Virus record (IMG/VR): IMGVR_UViG_3300031539_000145
DNA: 35,503 nt
Strand: one strand, 5' to 3'
DNA from: a virus
The notes under the pieces are model-generated. The model ran no database searches. It was not told the DNA's origin and saw only the letters and a list, made by a program, of their open reading frames with translations. This document shows, piece after piece, positions 8,215 through 16,778 of this stretch; the first letter of the stretch is position 1, and every line of letters starts with the position of its first letter. The translations under genes and the position numbers were made by a program.

Positions 8215-8649
8215 TTATTCCCAAGAGTTGAAAAGAAAATCAGCCCCAATCTTGTTCTCGAAAGCGTGATGGGGGCTGAACAGGGCAGCCATGACTGTTG
8301 GGTTGACCGCACCACCCACATCAGTCACTTTCAATGCAACAAAAGGCTTGCCCTCAGGCAGGTCTTCTGCTTTGGTTTCCATGACTGCCACAACATCTGC
8401 AGCCATGAGACCCACTGAGCCTGTCTTCACAACCTCAGCATTCGTGCCAATGGCATCTGAGGCAGCAAGAAGCACAATGGTCACTGTTGCATGAGCGATG
8501 TTGTCAACCAAGTCAGCAACAAAAGCTGCCTTGTCAAACTCTCTCATGTCGAAGTAGGCTGAAGTTGCTTCAGCACCACCATTGGAATCAATCAATGCTG
8601 TGGTTGGAAGAGCCAACCCCACCAGCATGTTGTCAGAAAGCTTGTGCAT
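8215..8649 (-). CDS. Head-module paralog 2 (144 aa)
   Basis: GAAGGGAG + 6 nt + ATG at 8649 (the track ORF starts at a TTG at 8670). Its N- and C-termini are collinear with paralog 1. Confidence 0.6.
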   Translation of the reverse strand: MHKLSDNMLVGLALPTTALIDSNGGAEATSAYFDMREFDKAAFVADLVDNIAHATVTIVLLAASDAIGTNAEVVKTGSVGLMAADVVAVMETKAEDLPEGKPFVALKVTDVGGAVNPTVMAALFSPHHAFENKIGADFLFNSWE

Positions 8650-8724
8650 TCTGATTCTCCCTTCAGTCAAAGTTTAATGGAAATTTCTAAACTTTTCTTC
8701 TGCTTCCCTTCTGGCTCTCAGAGC

Positions 8725-9195
8725 CTATATGGGGATGACAGGTGGTGCAGGTGTCAGGTGCAGGCTGTCAAACACTTCATTGTACACACCCATCTTGTCG
8801 AAGTGCAGATGGTCTGAGTTTGCAACCACAATGAGAGTGACAAGCTTTGAGCCAACATCAACACCTGTCTTGGTGGCTCTGCACTTGACAAGCACAAACT
8901 CACCCAAGCTGAGGTTCTCTGCCTTGATGTCGAAAGCATAGGCACCAAATCCAACAATCAGATTGGGAGTGATGCCATTGACGACAAGCAGGCTCTGCTC
9001 ATCAAGGTCACCTTCTTTTGCCTCAAGAACCTCAAGGTTCAGCTTGTCTGTTGAAGCCCAATCATGGACTATGGCAACAAACATCACCTTGTCACTCTGC
9101 CTCATGTCAACTGGCAGAGTGATTGCTTCTGGGTCAGGTTCAAGGTCAGCTGTTCTCACACAGGAAACCTTGAGGTTGTCACTGTATTTGTTCAA
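8725..9195 (-). CDS. Head-module paralog 3, divergent (156 aa)
   Basis: AGAAGGGAG + 6 nt + TTG at 9195 gives (M)NKYSDNLKVS..., which aligns with MHKLSDNMLV of paralogs 1 and 2. Shared DMR..D..F.A and KAE(D/N)L..G motifs. The track ORF (start 9252) would run through the hairpin that follows the MCP gene. Confidence 0.5.
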   Translation of the reverse strand: MNKYSDNLKVSCVRTADLEPDPEAITLPVDMRQSDKVMFVAIVHDWASTDKLNLEVLEAKEGDLDEQSLLVVNGITPNLIVGFGAYAFDIKAENLSLGEFVLVKCRATKTGVDVGSKLVTLIVVANSDHLHFDKMGVYNEVFDSLHLTPAPPVIPI

Positions 9196-9230
9196 GTCAT
9201 TCTCCCTTCTACAGAAATTGAATCTGTCAA

Positions 9231-9260
9231 GCAGCCCTGCAGCCTGAACCACAGGGCTGC
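9231..9260 (-). terminator. Stem-loop immediately after the major capsid gene (9-bp perfect stem)
   Basis: gcagccctg (9231..9239) pairs with cagggctgc (9252..9260), with a 12-nt loop. It starts 16 nt after the MCP stop. No U-tract. Confidence 0.45.
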
Positions 9261-9275
9261 ATTGTCAGTTCAACT

Positions 9276-10682
9276 CTACTGTACCGGCGCATCCAGAGTA
9301 ACAAAGGGAGAAAGCCTGAAATCAGGTGACCCGTTCTTGGGCTTGAGACTTTCTTTCCACCAGCCCTTGCCATCGTACCTGATTGTGAACCTGAAGCAGG
9401 TCTGGTTTTTGTCAAACCTGATATGAATGCTCATGTCAGTCTTGACATTCAGGCCAGCTTTTCCACCGAGCAGGTACATGCCCGGGTCAACAAGAACCAT
9501 CGAGCCCTTGTTGTCTTTTGAAGGCACCTTCTCTGTCTTGAAGGCAGGCTTGCCCATCAAGGTGTCGTAGGGTTTGCCACTGACACCATTGGCAGGCATG
9601 TATGCAGGAATGGTGCCTATCAGCATTGAGGCAACCAGAGGGAAGAGCTCATGGTTGTAAACCCAGATTGCCCTACCCATGCTGGCCGGGAAGAGAGAAG
9701 CCCACATGTTGAAGATGTCAAGTGCAACAATTCCTGCACCCTGTCTTGTGATGGTCACCAGAGCAGGTGAGTTCAGAACTCCCTGAGGTCTGGCTGCACC
9801 ATTCCCATTGAGGCAGTCATCATCGATGACAAAGGCAATGGCCTGACCGAAGAGGCTGTTCAGGATTGCCTCAACAGAAATCATTGAATCTTCCAGCAAG
9901 GTGTTGGTCACATACACCAGACCAGCAACCTCATGCAGGTTGAGCTCAACCAGACCTGTCTTGGGTTTGCTCTCTGTCTTCTGTCCACCCTCTTCAACTC
10001 TGACTATCTGCACTCCACCATAGAACTCACCCTCTGAGTGGTCAGTGTCAAAGATTGCCGGGATTTTGACAGCCCCTGTTGCCATCGGGATGAACTGCGT
10101 CTTCGGATAAAAGAAGGCAGTCTCAAGGGCTGTGGTGAGCAGGCTGGCTCTGTACTGTGCCGGGGCAAGGAAACCACCCTGAGCATCATCGCCTGCCATC
10201 ATGAGGTCACCAACATCCTTGCCCATGACCTGCCTGAGGGCTTTCTCTTTCTTCTCCACCCCGTCAAGGTACTTCACCAGAGTCTCAGACCTTCTGCCTG
10301 AGGTCTCAGCCTTGACACAGTCTCTGAGAAAGTGCCCGAAGTTCTTGAAGCCACCCTGAGGGTCTTCCCGGTCAATGACTTCAATGCGGGGCAACTTGCT
10401 CATGAGTTCTTTGTGAGCAGACAGGATTGGCTCAAGAGCAGTCTTCACTGCTGCACTGACTGACTTGGAGAGGGGGTCAATCAGCTCATCGCCTGCTTTG
10501 ACACCCTCACCTGCCGGGTCAGCATCGCCAGACCCTGCCGGGTCTTTCTTCTCTTCCACTGCCACTGCTTTGCCACCATTGATGAGCATGTTTGCCATGT
10601 TCTCATCAAGCAGCATTTCAGTGCCAGCATCCAGCTTCTGACCGTAAACATCAGCAGCTTTCAATAGTCTCACTTTCTTCAC
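9276..10682 (-). CDS. Major capsid protein, HK97 fold, with an N-terminal delta-like extension of about 130 aa (468 aa)
   Basis: DAQGGFLAPAQYRASLL...FIPMATGAVKIPA...LVELNLHEVAGLVYVTNTLLEDS...FGQAIAFVIDDDCLNGNG is the canonical HK97-family MCP pattern. Start set to the GTG at 10682 (GAAGGGAG + 6 nt). Confidence 0.9.
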   Translation of the reverse strand: MKKVRLLKAADVYGQKLDAGTEMLLDENMANMLINGGKAVAVEEKKDPAGSGDADPAGEGVKAGDELIDPLSKSVSAAVKTALEPILSAHKELMSKLPRIEVIDREDPQGGFKNFGHFLRDCVKAETSGRRSETLVKYLDGVEKKEKALRQVMGKDVGDLMMAGDDAQGGFLAPAQYRASLLTTALETAFFYPKTQFIPMATGAVKIPAIFDTDHSEGEFYGGVQIVRVEEGGQKTESKPKTGLVELNLHEVAGLVYVTNTLLEDSMISVEAILNSLFGQAIAFVIDDDCLNGNGAARPQGVLNSPALVTITRQGAGIVALDIFNMWASLFPASMGRAIWVYNHELFPLVASMLIGTIPAYMPANGVSGKPYDTLMGKPAFKTEKVPSKDNKGSMVLVDPGMYLLGGKAGLNVKTDMSIHIRFDKNQTCFRFTIRYDGKGWWKESLKPKNGSPDFRLSPFVTLDAPVQ

Positions 10683-10768
10683 TTCCAACTCCCTTCAAAA
10701 AACCAGTTGTGAAAACAACAATCTAAATTTCAGGTGCCTGAACTACTCCACCCACAGGGCTGCAGTTT

Positions 10769-11986
10769 CTACACCTTGCCTGCTGCTCTGTTCACAGCTT
10801 TCACTGTTTCTTCTCTGATTGTATCTTCTGCAGTCTTGGTCACCTGCATGAACTTCACAGGCTCTTTCTTCTTCTCCCCGGGAAGCACAACCATGACCTG
10901 CTTGGGTTCAGGTCTCTTCTCGGGAAACCACAGAAACTCTGCCTCTTCAAAAATGTCATGACCAAAGAAGCCCTTGAGCTCAAGGTCATTGTATTCTTTG
11001 AAGTCAGGGGGCTCTTTGTCAAACTGCTTGTAGTGCTTGACAAGGTGGTTGTACACACCTTTTCTGTCACCATCGGGAATGTCAACACCACCCCGGGCAC
11101 CAAGCAGGGCTGCCATTGCAGCAGCAGTGCCTCTCCAATTGCACTTGAGGCTTGCAGCATTGTGGTGGGGCAGCTTGTAGGCTGCTTTCACATCGGGGTT
11201 GGCAGAGTCAAACCATGAGCAGATTTTTCTCAAGGTGGCTGTGTCAGCTTCCCTGACCTGAGCTGCAGCATCCCAAGCTGTGTCTTCAGTCTGCTTGCCA
11301 TAATCTTTGAAGGGTATGACTCCCTTGGTTTCAAAGCTCATGATGCCAAAGTCTTTCAGCATATCATCCGAGAGCTTGAAGAGACCCTTGCTGACATCGA
11401 TTGTGAGGGCATTGATGTTGGCAGGCACTGAGACCTTGCTGTGCTCAAGCAGCAGCCACTTGGTATAGATTCTCTTGCACTTCTCGGGGTCAATCTTGAT
11501 GCCTTCTCTTGCCAGCTTGTCAATGAGCTTGCCCCAACCCTCATCATTCTTGTTGACCCACTTGATGGGAATGAAGCCAACCGAGCTGGTCTTCAGGTGC
11601 CCCGCTTTGACGAGCTGCCAGACCTCTTCACCCCGGGAAGTTTCAGCATAGATGGTCTTGGCAATCACACCCCGCTTGTCTGTTTTAATCCACTGGTCTG
11701 AGCCTATTGGTGGTGACCAATAATCATGACCCCACAGCACCTGCATGGCTTTCCTGAACTCGGTCAGAATGCAGCCAGAGGGAAGCATGACCTCATCATC
11801 CCTGTCCATGTCAACTGTTGAGACATAGGTGATTTCAGCTCTCTCACCTTCTTTGAGCTCACTGGCCTTGTCAATTGCCATGTGCTTTCTGATGAGGCAC
11901 TCTTGCTTGTTCTGCTCAAGCAAATACTGAATATCTGCAGGCAGCTTGTCTTTCTCCACAACCTCTGTGACCACCATTGCTGGCAT
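10769..11986 (-). CDS. Prohead (capsid maturation) protease, HK97/S78 family, with an additional C-terminal domain (405 aa)
   Basis: YVSTVDMDRDDEVMLP...VLWGHDYWSPPIG...GHLKTSSVGFIP carries the catalytic His/Ser context of S78 proteases. The C-terminal half contains KLPHH...AAMAALLGARGGVDIP...HLVKHY, a module often fused to phage proteases or scaffolds. GAAGGGAG + 6 nt + ATG. Confidence 0.85.
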   Translation of the reverse strand: MPAMVVTEVVEKDKLPADIQYLLEQNKQECLIRKHMAIDKASELKEGERAEITYVSTVDMDRDDEVMLPSGCILTEFRKAMQVLWGHDYWSPPIGSDQWIKTDKRGVIAKTIYAETSRGEEVWQLVKAGHLKTSSVGFIPIKWVNKNDEGWGKLIDKLAREGIKIDPEKCKRIYTKWLLLEHSKVSVPANINALTIDVSKGLFKLSDDMLKDFGIMSFETKGVIPFKDYGKQTEDTAWDAAAQVREADTATLRKICSWFDSANPDVKAAYKLPHHNAASLKCNWRGTAAAMAALLGARGGVDIPDGDRKGVYNHLVKHYKQFDKEPPDFKEYNDLELKGFFGHDIFEEAEFLWFPEKRPEPKQVMVVLPGEKKKEPVKFMQVTKTAEDTIREETVKAVNRAAGKV

Positions 11987-11987
11987 A

Positions 11988-14210
11988 CTATTCTCCCTTC
12001 AGCTCAGCCCTCAAAGTGCACCTGCAGTTGGGGTGCAATGGGGGTGACTGTACTGGCTCATAATTGAAATTGAGAGTTCTGGGCACCTGATTGCCTTCAG
12101 CATCATCGAAGTTGGCATCCAGACTTCCACCTTGGTCAAAGAAGGGCTCACCCAGAGCCACTGTCTTGCCATCCATTTCTGCACACCAAGGGCACATGTC
12201 AGGCTGAGAATCCCAGACAATTGCTTCAACCAATCCTGATTGTTCCCAACCCTTCACCATTCCCATGTGAGAAGCCCGGGTGCTCTCTGTTCTGGCAATC
12301 TGCTCAGCTTTCCATGTTTCCATTCTGCCAAAGAACTCTCGGGTTCTCTCGGTCAGTTGCGGGATGGTTTCACCAGCTTCAAAGCCTCTTGCCATTTCAA
12401 GTGCAAACTTGTCTGAAATATCTGTTGAGACGATTCTTGAGAAGTGGAAAGTGTACTCTGCAAACCAAGTCTGAACTTCTGGGTTAAGAACATTGAAGCT
12501 GATGCCTGCACCGATGCGATGAAGCCCCCGGGTGCCACCTGTCACAAGCTGCTGTCTGATTGGTGCTGCCATCCTTCTGTTGATTTCAGCAGCCCACTTC
12601 TCTCTCTCAAGCATGAAGTCATCCCACTCGGGCACACCCTCACCCTTGGCATTGACTCCCGAAGGCACCAGAGTCTTCAACTTGTCAAGCTGCTTGAGCA
12701 TGGCCTTCTTCCAATCCCTGAAGATGCCTCTCATGATTCTTGCCATCTCTTCTCTTCTCTCAAAGTACCACTGTTTCTCTTCTGCAAGGTGCTCATGCTT
12801 GCCATTGTTGAAGATGACAGTCATTGGGGGTGATGATTCTGCAGTACCATCACCCCCCTTTTTCAAGTGTTTTCCATTGTCAGGCTGTGCCGGGGGCTCT
12901 CCACCAGAGCCTACAGGCAGCATGGTTGTTGGCAGCCAAGCAGTCTTGCCCCAAGGCACAGGCTCAAGCCCTTCTTTCTCTCTCTGCTCATTGATTGTGA
13001 TGACACCGTTCTTCAGGTATGACTCAGACTTGGTGAGGTTAAATTCTTTGTCTTCAGGCACCGGGTTGTCAAAGGCAACAAACAGCCTCTCATCAAACTT
13101 GGGTGTGAGGTCTTGGTTGAACTTCTGCTCAAGTCTCTTCAGCCGGGGCACAATGGTGTCTTTCTGATATTGCCTCTCACCAGCATCAGCATTGGCAAGA
13201 TTCACTTTCTCTGTTGTGACCTTGGAGATGGGGATGCCATAAGCATTGAGGATTTCATCCCGGCTGAACTGCTGCCCCTTCAAGAAGGCCATCTCTTTTG
13301 GTGAGAACCCGAGCTTCTCAAGTTCCATGTCACCTTCAAGCACAGCAGGCAGCCCAGACTTGCTGCCACCATAGAGCTGCAGCCATCTCTCCCTGATTTC
13401 TTTCACTTTTCTGGTGTTCACCTTGCCTTTGTACTTGAGCAAGAAGTCAGGTCTGGCATTGTTCTTGAGCAGGGCTGCCTCATAAGCATCCATGCTCTCT
13501 TTTCTTGTGACAGCAGCAATCACAGCCTGCATGGGTGACATCCCATAATAGACATTGTGAGGGTTTGGAAAGCGGATGTGAATAACATCTTCAGCAGGCA
13601 GAGCAACCTCTTTGTCTTTGAATCTGCCATACAAATAGCCCTCAACAAACTTGTCATCATCAGCTTTTCCCGGCACAATGGTGACATATTGAGAAGGCAG
13701 AACCCAGAGGCTCTGTGGTGCACCGAGAGCCCCCGGGGGTGCATACATGAAACCATCCCCGGTCAGCTCTGCAAAGAGTTCAAAGAGTTCAAGCAGCTCA
13801 AAACCATCATAGACTTGATTGGCCTGCTTCATAATATCAAGAACAGGGTGCTCAATAACCTCTTCAATCATGACCGCTTTTCTGAGCCTGAGGTCAATGT
13901 GACTTTTGGTGGCAAGGTGGGCAAGTTGCTTCTTGTCAACAGCCCGGGTGTCAATCCCTCTTCTTAGATTTGGGTATGTCTTCTGACCCCGGTTTGTTTG
14001 CACATATAGCCTGAGAGGTACAGCAGCAACCGAGTTGGCATTCAGTGTTGCAGCCCTGTACACCCAATGCCTGTAGTGCTTCAGCAGTTGCTCTGCCTTT
14101 GCCTTCTCCATTTCACCAAAGAGCTGAGCATAACTTGGGTGTCTGAAGATGGGCTTCACCAAAGTTCCAACCGGGCTGAACAGTTTGCTGAAGAAGTTTA
14201 TGACCCCCAT
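11988..14210 (-). CDS. Portal protein (HK97-type) fused to a C-terminal SPP1 gp7 / Mu F-like head morphogenesis domain (740 aa)
   Basis: The N-terminal ~450 aa are portal-like and sit directly after the large terminase. The C-terminus WKAEQIARTESTRASHMG...WDSQPDMCPWCAEMDGKTV...SPPLHPNCRCTL is the MuF/gp7 signature. Confidence 0.85.
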   Translation of the reverse strand: MGVINFFSKLFSPVGTLVKPIFRHPSYAQLFGEMEKAKAEQLLKHYRHWVYRAATLNANSVAAVPLRLYVQTNRGQKTYPNLRRGIDTRAVDKKQLAHLATKSHIDLRLRKAVMIEEVIEHPVLDIMKQANQVYDGFELLELFELFAELTGDGFMYAPPGALGAPQSLWVLPSQYVTIVPGKADDDKFVEGYLYGRFKDKEVALPAEDVIHIRFPNPHNVYYGMSPMQAVIAAVTRKESMDAYEAALLKNNARPDFLLKYKGKVNTRKVKEIRERWLQLYGGSKSGLPAVLEGDMELEKLGFSPKEMAFLKGQQFSRDEILNAYGIPISKVTTEKVNLANADAGERQYQKDTIVPRLKRLEQKFNQDLTPKFDERLFVAFDNPVPEDKEFNLTKSESYLKNGVITINEQREKEGLEPVPWGKTAWLPTTMLPVGSGGEPPAQPDNGKHLKKGGDGTAESSPPMTVIFNNGKHEHLAEEKQWYFERREEMARIMRGIFRDWKKAMLKQLDKLKTLVPSGVNAKGEGVPEWDDFMLEREKWAAEINRRMAAPIRQQLVTGGTRGLHRIGAGISFNVLNPEVQTWFAEYTFHFSRIVSTDISDKFALEMARGFEAGETIPQLTERTREFFGRMETWKAEQIARTESTRASHMGMVKGWEQSGLVEAIVWDSQPDMCPWCAEMDGKTVALGEPFFDQGGSLDANFDDAEGNQVPRTLNFNYEPVQSPPLHPNCRCTLRAELKGE

Positions 14211-15556
14211 GCACCCTCTCTTTCCAGAAGTATAGCTTCCCTCTCTTCTTCTTCCATTTCTTCTTCGGGCTCAGGTTCTTCAAGGCTGTGCAGTTTGGGC
14301 TCAATAACCCCATGCTTCATGAACATGGCAGCATAGCGGGTCATGTCCATCGCGTGGTCAAGACCTTTGGCGGGCTTCTCATTCTTGTCAAGGTGATATG
14401 ACTCAACCTCTGTCAGCCAATCCTCAATCCCCTCTCCCTCAGGCTCTACACTGAGCCCGGGTCTGCCATCGCCCGCAATGCCAAGCCTGCCTCTGACACA
14501 CTGAGTGCCATCGAAGACAGCATTGGAAGTGTCTCTGCAGTCAAGACCCTCATTCTCTGCATCAGCTCTCAAGCCTGCAGCAGAAGGGTCAAAGGTGAAA
14601 ACCCTCTCGGGCAGTTCCCACCCGGGCTTAGGGTCTTTTGGTTTGAGCTGAATAATAAGGCTCATGCCATAGTGCTTGAGAATACTGATGAACATGGTGG
14701 GCAGCACCTGCCTCTTGTAGAACATCTTGAGCAGGTGCATTCTGTTGTCTGAGTCAATGCCCCACAGCCCAATCACAGCCGGGTCTGAATACCCCTCATC
14801 AATCGAGAGCAAGAACCACTTGAACTCATGAATGTCTCTGTGAAACAGGTGAGCTTCTCGGGAGAAGTTGTCATAAATGAGCCCCTCAAAAGCAACCCAC
14901 TTGCCAAGCACAAAGCGGTCTCTGTACTGACCAGTGAACTTGGCAAGCATGTCAATGTAGTCTTGGGGCAAGAAGAAGTTGTCAGTGCTCTTGGTCTGGA
15001 AGACTGCCCGGGTGCTGTCCTTGTCTTTGAAAAAACGCTTGTGCAGAAAGTGAGAAGGCGCATCAGGGTTGGTTGCAAGACCAAGCTGTCTGTAGGGGTC
15101 TGAGTTGTTTCTGAGCCTGCCCAAAAGCATCATGTACTCAGCCTCATCCATCTCTCGGGCTTCATCCACAAAGGCTGAGCCAAGGTTCAGTGAGGCAATC
15201 CTGAGAGGGTCATCCAGCCCGCCATAATAGATTTGGCCTGCACCATGAATCTTGATGGTGTGCTCTGTCTTGTTGTGCTTGTAGCTTCCCTCAGGCAAGA
15301 CCGGGTCAAGGCTGCCATCCTTCTCAAGCAGCACTTTCAGGGTTGTTGCCTTCAGAGCTGTCAGGGTCTTTCTGAAGAGCCCCACCACGTTGCCTTCATG
15401 TCTGGCCTTCAGAGCTGCATTGTGAGCAAGGGTTCTTGACTTCCCGGCACCAAAGGCACCTGAAAAGAGTTTCTCTTTTGCATTGGAGAATAGAAAGTCA
15501 TGCTGCTTGGGCAGCAGTTCAACCTTCACTCTGTTCTCTGGCAGTGTTGCAATCAA
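14198..15556 (-). CDS. terL: Terminase large subunit (452 aa)
   Basis: Walker A: SGAFGAGKSRT. Walker B: GSAFVDEAREM. Nuclease-domain acidic motifs: LSIDEGYSDPAV and LDHAMDMTRYA. TTGA overlap with the upstream ORF. Confidence 0.9.
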   Translation of the reverse strand: MIATLPENRVKVELLPKQHDFLFSNAKEKLFSGAFGAGKSRTLAHNAALKARHEGNVVGLFRKTLTALKATTLKVLLEKDGSLDPVLPEGSYKHNKTEHTIKIHGAGQIYYGGLDDPLRIASLNLGSAFVDEAREMDEAEYMMLLGRLRNNSDPYRQLGLATNPDAPSHFLHKRFFKDKDSTRAVFQTKSTDNFFLPQDYIDMLAKFTGQYRDRFVLGKWVAFEGLIYDNFSREAHLFHRDIHEFKWFLLSIDEGYSDPAVIGLWGIDSDNRMHLLKMFYKRQVLPTMFISILKHYGMSLIIQLKPKDPKPGWELPERVFTFDPSAAGLRADAENEGLDCRDTSNAVFDGTQCVRGRLGIAGDGRPGLSVEPEGEGIEDWLTEVESYHLDKNEKPAKGLDHAMDMTRYAAMFMKHGVIEPKLHSLEEPEPEEEMEEEEREAILLEREGAWGS

Positions 15557-15774
15557 GCCTTCATCCTTCTGTTGTCTCTCTGAATGCTTCTGCTTGTCTT
15601 CTGGGCTTTCAAGGTCAAGTGCCTGTCAAGCTTGTCTGTTGGCTTTGCAGCTCTTCTCTTCTCAGGCTTCTCAGCAACCCATTTTGTGAGCTGCCATCTG
15701 TATGGGAAGTTGAGCACCCTGAACTCAGTCACACCCCTGACAGTGCTCAGCTCTTCAATGCCCCATGCTGACAT
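15553..15774 (-). CDS. Hypothetical basic protein between the terminase subunits (73 aa)
   Basis: It is the only ORF that fills the gap exactly. Its ATG abuts the TerS stop and its stop overlaps the TerL start. No motif recognised. Confidence 0.45.
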   Translation of the reverse strand: MSAWGIEELSTVRGVTEFRVLNFPYRWQLTKWVAEKPEKRRAAKPTDKLDRHLTLKAQKTSRSIQRDNRRMKA

Positions 15775-16257
15775 CTACTCATCATCCTTCTTTGTAGTTC
15801 CATTGAGCTTGCCGTTCTGCTCATTCTCTTCATGCTGTTGCTGGTCAGGTGGCTGAGCAATGACATACTCAATGATGGTCTTTGTCTTGGCTTCAACTTC
15901 ATGCACCTGCAGAACAGTACCATCGATGCGGTCAAGAATTTCTCTCACAAGGCGGGGGGTGCCTCTCTCAATTGCATGGTCAAAGGTTCTCAAGACAAGA
16001 GCCTCTCCCCATGTCAACTTTTTGAGACCCTTCTTGGTGCACTTCTGTTGAGCAATGTGCCTCATGAGGTCAGTGAGCTTCTTGAAGTTCAGGTCACCCT
16101 TCTTCTTGCCTGAGGGGTTGCCAGACTCCCCGGGCTTGAATGCCCAAGGGTGGTCACCATTGAAAGTGCCATCTGGATTTCTGAACTCTGGATGGTTGGG
16201 CTCATCATCATCGGTTGACATGTCAGGTGGGTCTGAATTATTATTCTCGCTGAACAA
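15775..16257 (-). CDS. Putative terminase small subunit (DUF5681-like), 160 aa
   Basis: FKPGESGNPSGKKKG resembles the DUF5681 motif (F.PGqSGNP.Gr.kG) seen in many phage small terminases. It is the first gene of the late arm, upstream of TerL. Confidence 0.6.
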   Translation of the reverse strand: MFSENNNSDPPDMSTDDDEPNHPEFRNPDGTFNGDHPWAFKPGESGNPSGKKKGDLNFKKLTDLMRHIAQQKCTKKGLKKLTWGEALVLRTFDHAIERGTPRLVREILDRIDGTVLQVHEVEAKTKTIIEYVIAQPPDQQQHEENEQNGKLNGTTKKDDE

Positions 16258-16390
16258 GCTTTCACACCCCTGTAAGATTTTCCACTGCTTGCCTGAGTGT
16301 TGTAACTCCTTCTCCGTGTGGAATATACAAGGGGGAGAGGGGCTGTCAAGGGCTTTTTTCTGCCAGAAGTTCTGAGAGCCTCTGCTTTTG

Positions 16391-16478
16391 GGTTTGGAGA
16401 GAGGTCAGAAAGAGGGCAGGGTGGTTCTCTTCTGCTCTCTTCTCATCTCCTCTCTTCTCTTCTTGTCTCATCTCATCT
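16391..16478. repeat. Purine block (16391..16424) abutting a 54-nt polypyrimidine CT tract (16425..16478, only 5 purines)
   Basis: ggtttggagagaggtcagaaagagggcagggtgg | ttctcttctgctctcttctcatctcctctcttctcttcttgtctcatctcatct, with internal CTCTTCT and TCTCATC micro-repeats. Confidence 0.8.
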
Positions 16479-16540
16479 AAGGGCACAGGTGCAATGAAAT
16501 GACCTGATTGCCATAAGTGCTTGAAAGCTCATAGGATGCG

Positions 16541-16600
16541 AAACTGCAGGAAACTCAGAATAACCCAGAGAAACCTGAGAGAACCCCTTTTTAACTGGTT
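16541..16600. repeat. Six consecutive helically phased (~10 bp) AAC-containing decamers; predicted intrinsic bend or protein-binding array
   Basis: aAACtgcagg / aAACtcagaa / tAACccagag / aAACctgaga / gAACcccttt / ttAACtggtt, read directly from 16541..16600. Confidence 0.7.
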
Positions 16601-16778
16601 GGCCTTGTTCACCGGGTTTTGCTGTCCTGCCCCAATCCCGGCTGTCAGACCATTTTACCGACATCAGCAAAAAGGCACTCAGTTGATTGTGCAAAAAAAA
16701 CTTTGCTTTTCTTCAAAATAGTTCTGGCTTTCTGCCCTGTAGATGGTACTCTTTGGTGGCTGAGACAGAGGATGAGCA

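Larger units (their letters stand above)
16258..16778. promoter_or_regulatory. Divergent control region between the late (minus) and early (plus) arms. Likely holds promoters and possibly pac/cos or an origin.
   Basis: About 520 bp with no credible ORF. Genes diverge on both sides. It contains the R/Y tract, the phased AAC repeats, and recurring GTCAG pentamers. Confidence 0.6.

Noticed and set aside
16425-16478. CT-rich tract considered as a CRISPR-like or coding microsatellite
   Set aside because: It has no repeat-spacer periodicity and no ORF with an RBS on either strand. It is a simple polypyrimidine tract inside a regulatory region.
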